Source of the DNA: Squalus acanthias
Lineage: Eukaryota
Length of the DNA stretch: 64,000 nt
Direction of reading: 5' to 3'
Assembly: GCA_030390025.1 (NCBI GenBank)
Contig: JASTWF010000033.1
Location: 808,001-872,000 of the forward strand
The stretch's first letter is position 1; the number at the start of each line of letters is the position of its first letter. Made by a program: the position numbers and the translations under genes. Below, piece after piece: positions 1-9,800 of the stretch. The notes beneath the pieces are model-generated. The model saw only the letters and a list, made by a program, of their open reading frames with translations, was not told the origin of the DNA and did no database searches.

Positions 1-317
1 GTCTAGAAATCTATCTATCGCCTTCTTAAATATATTCAGTGACTTGGCCTCCGCAGCCTTCTGTGGTAGAGAATTCCAGTGGTTCACCACACTCTGTGTG
101 AATACATTTCTCCTCATCTCAGTCCTAAATGTCCTACCCCGTATCCTGAGACTGCGACCCCTCGTTCTAGATCCCCTCAGCCAGGGGAAACATCCTCCCT
201 GCATTCAATCTGTCTAGCCCTGTCAGAATTTTATACGTTTCAATGACATCCCCTCTAATCCTTCTAAAGTCTCTTGAATACAGACCTAGTCGACCCAAAC
301 TCTTCTCATATGACAGT
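1..317 (-). mobile_element. CR1-type LINE fragment, ORF2 C-terminal region
   Basis: Reverse complement translates to LSYEKSLGRLGLYSRDFRRIRGDVIETYKILTGLDR...FTQSVVNHWNSLPQK...IFKKAIDRFL, the characteristic CR1 ORF2 C-terminus. Runs off the window edge. Confidence 0.88.
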
Positions 318-319
318 GC

Positions 320-1430
320 TGAAGACGTGTGATCCAGAACTTGCTACGCCTATATGGAAGGTGTTCCATTAGAGCTACAACCATGGCAACTACCCAACAA
401 AATGGAAAATGGCCCGTTATATCCTGTCCACAAAGAAACAGGAAAAATCCAACCTGAGCAATTGCCGCCCCTTGAGTGTACTCTCAGTTATCAGCACGAT
501 GATTGAAGGTGTCATCGACAGTGCGATCAAGCAGCACTTACTCACCAATAACCTGCACACCGAAGCTCAGTTTGGATTCCGCCAAGACCACGCGGCTCCA
601 GACTTAGTCCAAACATGGAACACATAACTGAATTCCAGAGGGGAGGGAGAGTGACTGCCCTTGACATCAAGGCAGCATTTGACCGTTTGAAGCATCAAGG
701 AGCCCGAGTAAAACTGATGTCAACGGGAATCAAGGGAAATCATACCGAGCACAACGTTGGCTGGTTTCGGTTATTGGAGGCCCAACATCTCAGACTCAGG
801 ACATCGCTGCAGGAGTTCCTCAGGGCAGTGTCCTCGGCCCAACCATCCTCAGCTGCTTCATCAATAAACTTCCCTCCATAATAAGGTCAGAAGTCGGGAT
901 GTTCACTGATGATTGCCATTCACAACTCCTCAGATAATGACGGAGTACATGCCCGAATGCAACAACACCTGGAAGATATTAAGGCTTGGTCTGACAAGTG
1001 GCAAGTAAAATTCGCGCCATACATGTACCACGCAATGAATATCTCCCACAACAGACAGTATAACCACCGCCCCTTGACATTCAATGTTATTACCATAGCC
1101 GAATCCCCACCATTAATATCCATTGACCAGAAACTTAACTGGACCTGCCATATAAATACTGCAGTTGCAAGAGCAGGTTAGAGCCTGGGTATTCTGCGGC
1201 AAGTGACTTACATTCTGACTCCCCAAAGCCTTTCCACCATCGAATGGCACAAGTCAGGAGTGTGATGGGATATTCATCACTTGCCTCAATGAGTGCAGCT
1301 CCAACAACACTCAAGAAGCTCGACACCATCCAGGAGAAAGCATCCCGCTTGATCGGTACCTTAACTAGCACCTTTAACATTCACTCCCTCCACGATCAAC
1401 GCACCGTGGTTGCAGTGTGTATCATCTACC
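320..1430 (+). mobile_element. Decayed non-LTR retrotransposon (CR1/L2 group) reverse transcriptase fragment
   Basis: Frameshifted RT motifs across ORFs 409-627, 615-881, 909-1181 and 1244-1474: NCRPLSVLSVIS, QFGFRQDH, ALDIKAAFDRL, GVPQGSVLGP (nt ~812-842), GMFTDDC, WSDKWQVKF, IDQKLNWTCHI. Confidence 0.9.
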
Positions 1431-1580
1431 GGGAAACAGAGTTAACGTTTCAGGTCGATCGTTTTGCATCATAGAGATGTAACAGGTTTTAAGCAAGTAC
1501 AGAGCCACGGAGAGTTGGGGGGGGGGGGGGGGGGACTAAAATGAAGCTCTGTAACTGGGTTAAAGGCAGGAGTGATCTGA
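1431..1580 (+). repeat. Interspersed repeat fragment, possibly Penelope-like terminus, with G18 run
   Basis: GAAACAGAGTTAACGTTTCAGGTCGA is similar to the copy at ~9770-9797 (AAAACAAAGTTAACGTTCCATGTTGA). Family assignment is from memory of shark repeats only. Confidence 0.4.
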
Positions 1581-1584
1581 ATCT

Positions 1585-2368
1585 GTCCAATTTCGCACGG
1601 TGGTTGTGCCACACTACATGGTGGAGTGTGTTCTCTGTGTGAAGACGGGATTTCTTCTCCACAAACATTGTGCGGTGGTCACTCCTGCCAATTCAGTCAT
1701 GGAGAGTTGCTACTGGGTCTTTTTTAGGACGAGTTCAAGTAGGTTTTTCCCTCGTGTTGGAACTCTCACCACCTGCCGCATGCTCAGTCTGGCAGCTATA
1801 TCCTTCAGGATTCGGCCAGCTCAGTCAGTAGTGGTGCTACCGAGCCTCTTTAAGTGATGGGCATTGAACTCCCCCACCCAGAGTATATTCTGTGCCCTGT
1901 GGTATTTAACAGGGAGGAGTAATAATTCATCAGCTGAGGTAGGTGGTAAACTGACGGAGGTTTCTTTGGTGATGGAGGAGTCTGGGACATTGGCTGAAAG
2001 GTTAGATTCTGTGAGTATGACTGTGTTAGGCTGTTGTTTGACGAGTCTGTGGACAGCTCTCCCAATTTTGGCACATGTCCCCAGATGTCAGTGAGTAGGA
2101 TCTTACATGGTTGACTGGGCTGGGCGTGCCATTGTCGTGTCCTAATCTAATGCCTAGTAGCCTGTCCCATTTTATTCTATTTTTGCAGCGGTTTGATACA
2201 ACTGATTGGATCGTTAGGCCATTTGTAAGGGCAACATATTTCTGCGGGTCTGGAGTCACATATAGGACAGAGCAGGTAAGTATGGCATGTTTCCTTCCAT
2301 AAGGGGCATTAGTGAACCGGATGTGTTTACGACAATTTGATAGATTCATGGCCACCAATAAAAATATT
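1585..2368 (-). mobile_element. 5' part of a LINE: APE endonuclease remnant plus 5' UTR
   Basis: Minus strand ~1735-1897 reads RAQNILWVGEFNAHHLKRLGSTTTD*AGRILKDIAARLSMRQVVRVPTRGKNLLELV (APE GDFN and D-LV motifs), with VPKLGELS near the ORF start. The 5' UTR continues to the TIR insertion at 2369. Confidence 0.8.
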
Positions 2369-3111
2369 GGCCCAGAAATTGATCTCGCTCTGTTCCCACG
2401 GGGGTAAGCCTTCCCCGCGATGTCTCACCTCGCTTGTGCTTTTTCAGATCCAGCTCGCACGAACTTGATGTTCTGGACAGCTGCTGTGCAGTGCTTGCGT
2501 ATCCCACCGGCGTAGTGAATTCGTGCGAGCTGTGGGATCACGTGACTCAGTTAGAGCCAATGGCAGCACACCATCTTCCATTCATAAGTTTCACAGACCT
2601 GCTGTGAAATCTATGAATCTTACACCCCCCGAAAATAACAGCTAAACCTCAATTAAATTTAAAAAAAAACCATCACATTAATAAAATAAGTATAGTTAAT
2701 TAAATTAACCATTTTAAATAAAAAATTAAATTTTTGAAAAAATTTAAAAACTTTTAAAAAGTTATAAAAATAAACTTACCTGTCTTTAAAGTCTCTAAAA
2801 AAGATATACCTGTTAAAAAAAATTCAAAAAAATACTTAATTCACTACTTACCTTCTTAAAAGTGGGTCTTACTCCTCCTTTTTACATTTCCAAAATCTTC
2901 AGTACTTACCTGCGCGTCCAAAGCATGAAGTGCACAGCGTGCGCGCAGCCTGTAGCGCGCACGCGATGCACCGAGGACCCGCCCCCTTTTCAGAAGAGCA
3001 ATTGCCGGTTTTCAGCGCATGCGCAGGGCATGCAGAAAACCGGCAATTGGAGTGGGAATACGCGAGAGTACGCAGTGCGTACTCTCGCGTCCCGGGATCA
3101 ATTTTCGGCCC
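2369..3111. mobile_element. Non-autonomous DNA transposon (MITE), PIF/Harbinger-like
   Basis: Left end GGCCCAGAAATTGATC versus reverse complement of right end GGGCCGAAAATTGATC (13/16 identical). ATT on both sides (2366-2368, 3112-3114) fits a 3-bp TSD. AT-rich core ~2640-2860, GC/CpG-rich subterminal arms, no coding capacity. Confidence 0.72.
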
Positions 3112-3114
3112 ATT

Positions 3115-3250
3115 AACTTTATATTCCAGATTTATTGAATTAATTGCATTTACAAAATGCCACGGAGAAATTTGACCTCAGGTCTCCGGATAATTAGCCC
3201 AGGCCTCTGGATTTCTATGCCAGAAACATCACCACTATGCTAACGTAATC
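3115..3250 (-). mobile_element. tRNA-derived (SINE-like) head, continuation of the element interrupted by the MITE
   Basis: Minus strand TAGCATAGTGGTGATGTTTCTGGCATAGAAATCCAGAGGCCTGGGCTAAT...GAGGTCAAATTTCTCCGTGGCA has degenerate Pol III A-box and B-box spacing and resembles the shark HE1-type SINE head. Confidence 0.6.
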
Positions 3251-3409
3251 TGCTGCTGTTTCTGATAACGTTGATGTTTCCAATCATCGACAGTACTCAT
3301 CAATTTATATATCGTAATCTATTGACTATCCCAATCCATTGAGAGATCCTAGTCCATTTACTTTCCTCATCCATTGATATGACACAATCCATTGTGTCTC
3401 CCACTCCAC

Positions 3410-4290
3410 TCAATTTGCAACAGGCCTTTGATAAGCTACCACATCGTAGACTGGAGACTAAGAATCGCGCATGTGGAGTCAGGGGACAAGTAGCAGAATT
3501 GAAAACAAACTGGCTACAAAAGAAACAGAGAGTGGGGGTTCCTCAGACTGGCCGCAGGTCGAAAGTGACATTGAACAATGGTCGGTGCTGGGACCACTGT
3601 GTTCATCATTTGCACAATTTTCTTGGACTCAATAATCTGAAGTGCACTGTCAAATTTGCGGTTGGCACCAAATTGGCAGCTTTTGTTAATGCTGAAGAAT
3701 ACTGCGACCACATACAATAAGATGGTAACAAACTTACAGAATGGGAGTGTAAATGGCAATTTAATTTCAATACAAAAATGCGTGTGGTGTTTTATTTTGC
3801 GGGGAGGAATAAGTTGGCCACATACTCCAACAGTAAATATGTATTAGACTTGTATTGAACTTCGGGTAGATCACACTTGATGTACTGTGCACAGTTTGGA
3901 CTCAATTATATAGAGACAGTGGAGAAGGTGCAAACAAGACTGGACTTATGGCAGGTGGTGAGAAAAACAACACGAGGGAAAAATCTACTTGACTGAGAGG
4001 TTTTAACTGTCAAGAACGACTGACCAGGCAGGGCACCTTTTCTCTCGAAAAGAGAAGGCTGAGGGGCGACAGAATGGAGAATCCAGAATTATCAGGGGGT
4101 AGAGGTAGAGGACATATTTATGATTGTGGGGTATCCGAAATAGTTGTGAAACATATAAGATAGTCACTAATAAATCCAGTAGGAATTCAGGATTAACTCT
4201 TTCCCCCGAAATTGTTTCGAATGTGGAACTCGCTACCACATGAGTATGTTGAGGGGAATATCATTAATGCATTTTAAGGGAAGCTAGAAC
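3410..4290 (+). mobile_element. Heavily decayed CR1 LINE (RT to 3' region)
   Basis: LQQAFDKLPHRRL, RACGVRGQVA, NWLQKKQRV, VKFAVGTKL (KFADDTKL), later TGGAACTCGCTACCA (WNSLP). Many deletions and frameshifts. Confidence 0.8.
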
Positions 4291-4359
4291 AGTAACGAAT
4301 ACCAATCAGAACCCCAGCTCCGTGTTGCGGAAGATCAATTCAGAAACTAACATTGCAAA

Positions 4360-4436
4360 TGTCTGACATCAGGGTATGACATCTGGAATGTGGCACCTGG
4401 TGGGAGACATCTGGAGTGTGACACCTGGAGAGGTAT
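4360..4436. repeat. Short degenerate tandem repeat (~14-bp unit GTGTGACATCTGGA, ~5 copies)
   Basis: TGACATCAGG, TGACATCTGG, TGGCACCTGG, AGACATCTGG and TGACACCTGG recur at ~13-14 bp spacing. Confidence 0.6.
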
Positions 4437-4587
4437 GTCCGGAGTCACTGATGATGCGTGGAGGTGTTGCGGCGATCCAGCGTGAATCACTCGGTCGTAT
4501 AAACCGCAGAGCGCGTGTTCATCCCCTGTCCGTGCCTCTGTTAGTTTTCAATATTTAAGGCGATGTTTAAGCTGCACCTCCTCAAAG

Positions 4588-4742
4588 ACAATACATCCTT
4601 CCTGAGGAGCGGTGCCCTAAACCGAATGAAGCACTCCAGATAGGGTCTCACCAAGCCTTGTTACAACTGAAACATAACTTGCTCCTCTTAGTATTCCAGC
4701 CCGCTTCAGATAAAGGCCAACATTCCTTCAGCGTTTTTGAAT
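4588..4742 (-). mobile_element. CR1 LINE fragment
   Basis: Minus strand reads approximately MLAFI..GLEY....VMFQLx.ALVRPYLECFIRFRAPLLRKDVL, matching the CR1 LVRPHLEY...WAP...KD region. Confidence 0.7.
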
Positions 4743-5084
4743 GGACCTCGAGCAACTTACTCATCAAATATTAAATCGAATGGGATCCTGCGGGCCACTC
4801 ACAACGTTTATTTTAGCGACTTTGTAGTGAAGTAGGGTATGTTAGTGTGTGAGATTTCCATAGTAAAATTTTAGGAACAGGGCAAGTCTGCTTTGTATTA
4901 TATACAGGCCTGAGATATAGGCTGTTCGATCCTGAATTGAAATATGTAAACCACTGAAACTGTTGACCTCAGCACCCGAAGTTTAATTACTATTTTTATG
5001 TTAACAAATCCGATGACAAACACACAAAGATCCCAGGAATATCCGGGACCTGAATGTGTGCGAGATACTGCTCTTAATCCACTC

Positions 5085-5235
5085 GATAAGGTGGACCATG
5101 TCGAGCTGCTTCACTTTGTCCAGAACAATAGAACCAGAGGACACGACCTGAGATTGAAGGGGGTAAATTCAAAACTAATCTCTGGAAACATTATTTCAGT
5201 GATCGACTGTCTATCTATGGAACAGGCTTCCTTCC
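5085..5235 (+). mobile_element. CR1 LINE 3' fragment
   Basis: LDKVDHVELLHFVQNNRTRGHDLRLKG followed by TGGAACAGGCTTCC (WNRLP), the CR1 RTRGH...WN.LP signature. Confidence 0.65.
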
Positions 5236-5244
5236 TAATCATCA

Positions 5245-5695
5245 TAATTAAAACTAGAGGACAGGGGAGTTCAGGGGAACACGGGCAGCAAAATTACAAA
5301 TAGAATAAAGGGGATATCAGGGGAACACTGTAAATATTTAATTAGAAATAGAGGACAGGGGAATATGGCAACTGATATTAGAAATACGGACCGGCGGAAT
5401 ACTTCATTTAGTAGTAGGGGGCAGGGGAAGACAGCAACTGTTCAATTAGAAATAGAGGACAAGGGGATTCTGGGTAATAAATTAACTGTCTAATTAGAAA
5501 TAGAATAAAAGGAGGCATGTGGTAACACAGTAAATAACTGTTTTGTTTAGAACTAGGAGACTGGGGAGATAGTAACTGTTTATGTAGAAATAGAGGAGAG
5601 GGGAATGTCAGGGAAACACAGTAACTGTTTAATTAGAAGTACAAAAACACAAGGGAATACAACAACTGGTTAATTAGAAACGCGGGACGGGAAAT
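5245..5695. repeat. Degenerate minisatellite, ~35-45 bp unit (AATTAGAAATAGAGGACAGGGGAAT...GTAACTGTTT), ~11 copies
   Basis: The core TTAGAAATAGAGGAC and spacer AACTGTT recur throughout the interval. Confidence 0.75.
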
Positions 5696-6145
5696 TACAA
5701 CCACATCAGATTGAATGTGACCCGGTAATGTAATGGTTAATTATTCAAGCCTTTGGTTTTTATTTTACATGTTATTTTTGGATGATGTGGTTGATTACAC
5801 ATCCCCTTCTCAGGGTTGTATCTGGGTGCAGAACATCGCCGACTGATGGAAATAAAACCTGTGCCTTCTGCCTGACTCCTGCCTTAAATACGGTTGGCCG
5901 TCGGAATCCAGTTAAGTGAAAATGTGTCTCTTACACAGAACTGCCTGCAATTAATGAGCAATTTCCCAGAAGCTGGATGCCAGCCGGACTGGCAGAGCCC
6001 GGGCTCCACGGGGCCCTTCAACCAAGAGGATTTTGGTTTTGGAGAACGTCTGGGTAAAGTGGAACGTTAAAGAGTGACGGGTAAAGCGTGCTCTTAATCA
6101 CAGTTAATAACTGAAGCCCATTTACCATTGAAGTATATAGGCTAT

Positions 6146-6421
6146 TGTCAGCACAAGCTTTTCAATAAGGTTCTTGAACATTGGAGTGAGGTGCCATAGG
6201 TTTATTAAACACATAGTACATGCAGTAGTACTTACACACACACTCGAAAGGTAAAAATTAGAACCACACCTGATGGTGGTTGGTGTGGTGACCGAAACAT
6301 GTCACAGTCCTGAGCTCAGTATCGGAGGCCTTTACCAAACCGAATACTCATTCAAAACTGTTAGTTTTTATTCATTTTTCTTACTCCCGGTACTTGAAAA
6401 TCCTCACAATTCTGCATTACA
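6146..6421 (-). mobile_element. Possible LTR remnant downstream of the env-like frame
   Basis: On the minus strand AATAAA (plus TTTATT at ~6201-6206) lies ~55 nt before a terminal ...GTGCTGACA (6146). A candidate start TGTAATGCA is at 6421. No clear polypurine tract or second LTR seen. Confidence 0.25.
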
Positions 6422-6715
6422 TAACTATATCAAAGTTAAAATAAAACTCCACGTAAAGATAAGTTAATTGATTTATCTGAAAGATAGTTTCACTTTTATG
6501 ATTGCAATGGTACCAAGTGAAACCTTTAATAGTGAGACTGTCTGTCTCTGTATCTAAAGTACTATGTGAAAATGATGATGGATGTCCAGATGTTTTCCTT
6601 TGCAAAACGAACTCTCTTCCCAAACTGTTACCAAAGGAAGAAAGTTTCCTGGAATTGATGAATCTGTTTGCAATGATATGTGTTTAATTAAATAGCTTAT
6701 TACTTCATCCTGAAA

Positions 6716-7475
6716 CTAACCATTGCGGCAGGGTGAGCTCTGGCCCATTAGCCCAGCGGTACTATAAATAGAATTGTACTTCCGGCTTAACAGGAAAATG
6801 CTGAAGATTAACATTACTACAATAGAAAGAAAAAAAGAGAAACCAACACAGTATAATATTAGCGTACGTTAGGCTAGGCTGATTAACCCTTTCCTTATAG
6901 CACCCTCTTTGCTGACGTTAGAGTATTTCAGGTCAACACTAAACCATATCTCCTCAGCATCATAGATATATCTCGGCCTATTCTATTGCTGAGATCTCCA
7001 TCCATTGGCTTGACACATGTTCTCACTCTCCAGAGACACATTAACCATTTCATGTAGTACTGTTGTCTGCGTGACTGACCATGTTTTGAATTCGTTTTCC
7101 AGAGTAACTTCATCACGCATAGCGCATGCTGGTCGATTCATGTAAAACGCGTCACTTCTGCAAACAGAGCGATATCCCAGGATTTTACAGTGCCAGACAT
7201 CCGATGCAAGCCATTCCTGCCCCTTCTGTCTATCTATCGATGGATCGGGGGTCGGTCGGTGTTTGATTAGGATCGCCCTTGCAGTGTCCCGATGTTGCGC
7301 GCATTTGCCAGGCTATCAAGTATATTACTTTCTTTCTTCATCTAAAGCAAGGACACAACCATCTCCAAGAGAATACTAGAAATTAATCAACTTCACTACA
7401 GTGTCCTGACTTTCACTGGACTGTACATTGATACTAGACTCATGTCTTTTGGCGAGTCCTACCCAGGTGGTTTAC
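6716..7475 (-). pseudogene. Decayed viral envelope/class I fusion glycoprotein-like ORF (C-terminal half with TM anchor)
   Basis: Manual translation: ...ILLEMVVSLL*MKKESNILDSLANARNIGTLQG/(frameshift ~7275)/ILIKHRPTPDPSIDRQKGQEWLASDVWHCKILGYRSVCRSDAFYMNRPACAMRDEVTLENEFKTWSVTQTTVLHEMVNVSLESENMCQANGWRSQQ*NRPRYIYDAEEIWFSVDLKYSNVSKEGAIRKGLISLA*RTLILYCVGFSFFLSIVVMLIFSIFLLSRKYNSIYSTAGLMGQSSPCRNG*. Cys cluster, N-glycosylation sequons (NVS twice), ~25-aa hydrophobic TM, basic stop-transfer and short tail. Confidence 0.5.
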
Positions 7476-7800
7476 AATAAGAAGGGATGGGACAGGATAG
7501 ATGGAAGCGAAACTTTCCGTTATTTTAAGGATCAAGATCTAACGGTGAGAGATAAAATGATAAATGTAAGAGATTTAGAACTAAAGGTAAGAGAAGCCTC
7601 TTTACATGGAGAGTTGTGAGACTGTGGATATAACGGAGGCAGAAGTTATATCAATATTGAAGATTAAATTGCATATGAGGCTGAATGTAAATAGGTTGAA
7701 GGGATGTTGAGACCGTGTGGGTGAAGTCATTGGAACTATTTGCTCGGGTGGAGGGTAAAAGTCGACAAGGACTGGTTGGGTCGAATGGACTGTTATAACA
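7476..7800 (+). mobile_element. CR1 LINE 3' end
   Basis: KGWDRIDG, then AGAGTTGTGAGACTGTGG, ending in the CR1-type tail GGACTGGTTGGGTCGAATGGACTGTT. It abuts the 5' side of the env-like remnant. Confidence 0.7.
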
Positions 7801-8364
7801 TTCCAACATTGTGATGACCAGTTGTGATTTTCAGTAAATATCTGTGAACAAAGATGTCTAATGCCACATTGACGATTCAAGTTCTTACTGTCTCCTTCAT
7901 TAGACACTGGTCAGGAGACAGGGCCCCGTTCTATCGATCCAGGAGACAATGGAAGGCGGAGTTTGATGGGGAGACCAGCGCCTGCACCATTCATACCGAG
8001 ATTACAGAATTACAGATAACCACCATTGTAGCACATTGTTTCTACACTAATGGAAACTTTTTCTGTTAATTAAACTGAGCGACTCATTCCAGTACCTGCG
8101 CTGTGAAGCAGTTAACGCTGACGCCCACATGTTCTACTCCACTGTTGAAGCTCAATCATGACCGTTCTCTTTGAATCTTGAGCGGGAAGTGCGCTGTTTT
8201 AGCAGGAATTGATTATGTTCACCTTGGAAAGCAGTAGACATCAAACACACGGCACAAAGTGGGAGAAATGTTTTCTGATACCTGTTCATTCTCACAACAA
8301 CAATCTGCTTTCGTCCAACAGAAAGACAGACATTCTAAAATAGAACACGGGCTATAATTTAACT

Positions 8365-9296
8365 CTAGTTAGGACAGGAAGCTTTGGTTTGACTTTTCAT
8401 TTTTTTAACCAATATCCGAATAAATGCCCAAGGAGATTTCAACAGCTTCTTCAGCTCTTCCCTGAATTTAGTTTGTGTAGCTGCATAAATACACGTGTTT
8501 GTACAGGAGCTCAAATACATCAGCAGATATCCGGTTAGACTGATGATGTAAGCAGGATCTATGTAATCGCCTCGATGATACACGGCTAGGGTGTTAACTA
8601 TAAAACTCACGGCAGACGTCAGCCACAACAATACAAAACTGCCCGACACTGTGAACAGTAAAATTATGGATTTCCTTCGGCTCTCCATCTCTGGATCGCT
8701 GTTATTCTCACTGCTGATACCCGGGAGTCCCCTGCGGGCTCTACTGGCCACTAAAATACGCCTGACTGTAAAACAATTAAACAGTAATATCAAAAGAAAA
8801 GGAAGACATGGGTTTAAAATGTTTTGTAAGCGGAAGTAGGCTACACCTGCAGGTGATGAATAAAAGTCCGCACTGGGGCGGAATCCCCACGGAACATTGT
8901 TGATTATTTGTTTATGTTCATATGCAAACAAATAGGGGATGTTCTCTAAATAAACCAGGACAGAGACCGTTGTTATAACCGCGGCCGCAGTTCTCACGGT
9001 GCAATAATTTGTTTTAAACTTCTGACAACATATAGCAATAAAACGGTCAAATGCGAAGGAGACGGTAAACCACACAGACATATCCAGGTTGGTACAAGAC
9101 ATGTACATCATGAACTTACAAACGGCAGTGTAGGACCGGAATGAATATGGGAAGTGTTTAATCAAAATATGATATACGATTACATTGACGATCATGACCA
9201 GTAGATGTGCTGTTGCCATGGCCACCATGTAGACAGAGATACATTTGGAAAGGCCGCATTTTCCTCTGGAGAGAATCAACATTGTCGATAGGTTCG
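8365..9296 (-). CDS. GPR139-like class A (rhodopsin-family) GPCR, exon 2 (end of TM1 to stop)
   Basis: Acceptor CCCTCTTTCTTACAG|CG at 9297/9296. 932 nt in phase with exon 1. Encodes (A)NLSTMLILSRGKCGLSKC, MATAHLL, SVWFTVSFAFDRFIAICC, PCLPFLLILLFN, DPEMESRRKSIILLF, SSCTNTCIY, TQTKFREELK; TAG at 8365-8367. Confidence 0.92.
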
Positions 9297-9715
9297 CTGT
9301 AAGAAAGAGGGACAAGTGTAAGTAATGGGGAAACTCGGATAAAGCTTACAGCGTATTGTGAGGAGATGAACCGATGTGCTACTACTGAAGATTATGCACA
9401 ATAGACCTTTTCAAACGAAAGTAATCATTAAACACTCAATATCGAGGGACTGAGAATGTGCCGTCCTTCCAGCACACTTCAGTCAGAGAGTGTCAAGTTG
9501 GTGGGTAGGGGTTGGTGCTGGGAGGGTCGCTCGTATTCAGTATCGGCAATGGTAACGGATAGCAACCCCCAACACCACTGACACTGATGGCTGAACGGAG
9601 GGGAATGTTGACTTTGGGCGACGGTGTAAAACTGCCGACTCCGGATCAGCCGTTCATGATACATCTCTTCCGAATCAATCTCCATCGCTATCGGCACTGA
9701 CACTATATTCATCCA

Positions 9716-9800
9716 TAAAAACATAAAATTCTCGAAATACTCAGCAGGATAAGCATTATCTGTGGAGAGGAAAACAAAGTTAACGTTCCATGTTGAAACC
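9716..9800 (+). repeat. Interspersed repeat (Penelope-like terminus) in the GPCR intron
   Basis: AAAACATAAAATTCTCGAAATACTCAGCAGGATAAGCATTATCTGTGGAGAGGAAAACAAAGTTAACGTTCCATGTTGA resembles an abundant chondrichthyan repeat and matches 1431-1460. Confidence 0.5.

Noticed and set aside
3150..3250. tRNA gene
   Set aside because: Only degenerate A/B boxes with no cloverleaf. It is a retroposon head.
409..5303. Short ORFs as host genes
   Set aside because: They are explained as frameshifted LINE fragments, their antisense frames, or GC-rich MITE sequence.
5716..5937. Possible solo LTR (TGTGA...AATAAA...TTACA)
   Set aside because: The termini are short and the flanks (TTGAA vs CAGAA) do not form a convincing TSD. 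It cannot be supported without a copy search.
6928..7116. 62-aa ORF from the track as an independent gene
   Set aside because: It is mostly an alternative frame of the env-like remnant. Part of it (TCVKPMDGDL...RIGRD) may be frameshifted original sequence.
9297..9315. ORF-track start of the 316-aa GPCR (MSLFLT...)
   Set aside because: It starts at TTG within the intron polypyrimidine tract. The real N-terminus is the spliced exon at 10843-10774.
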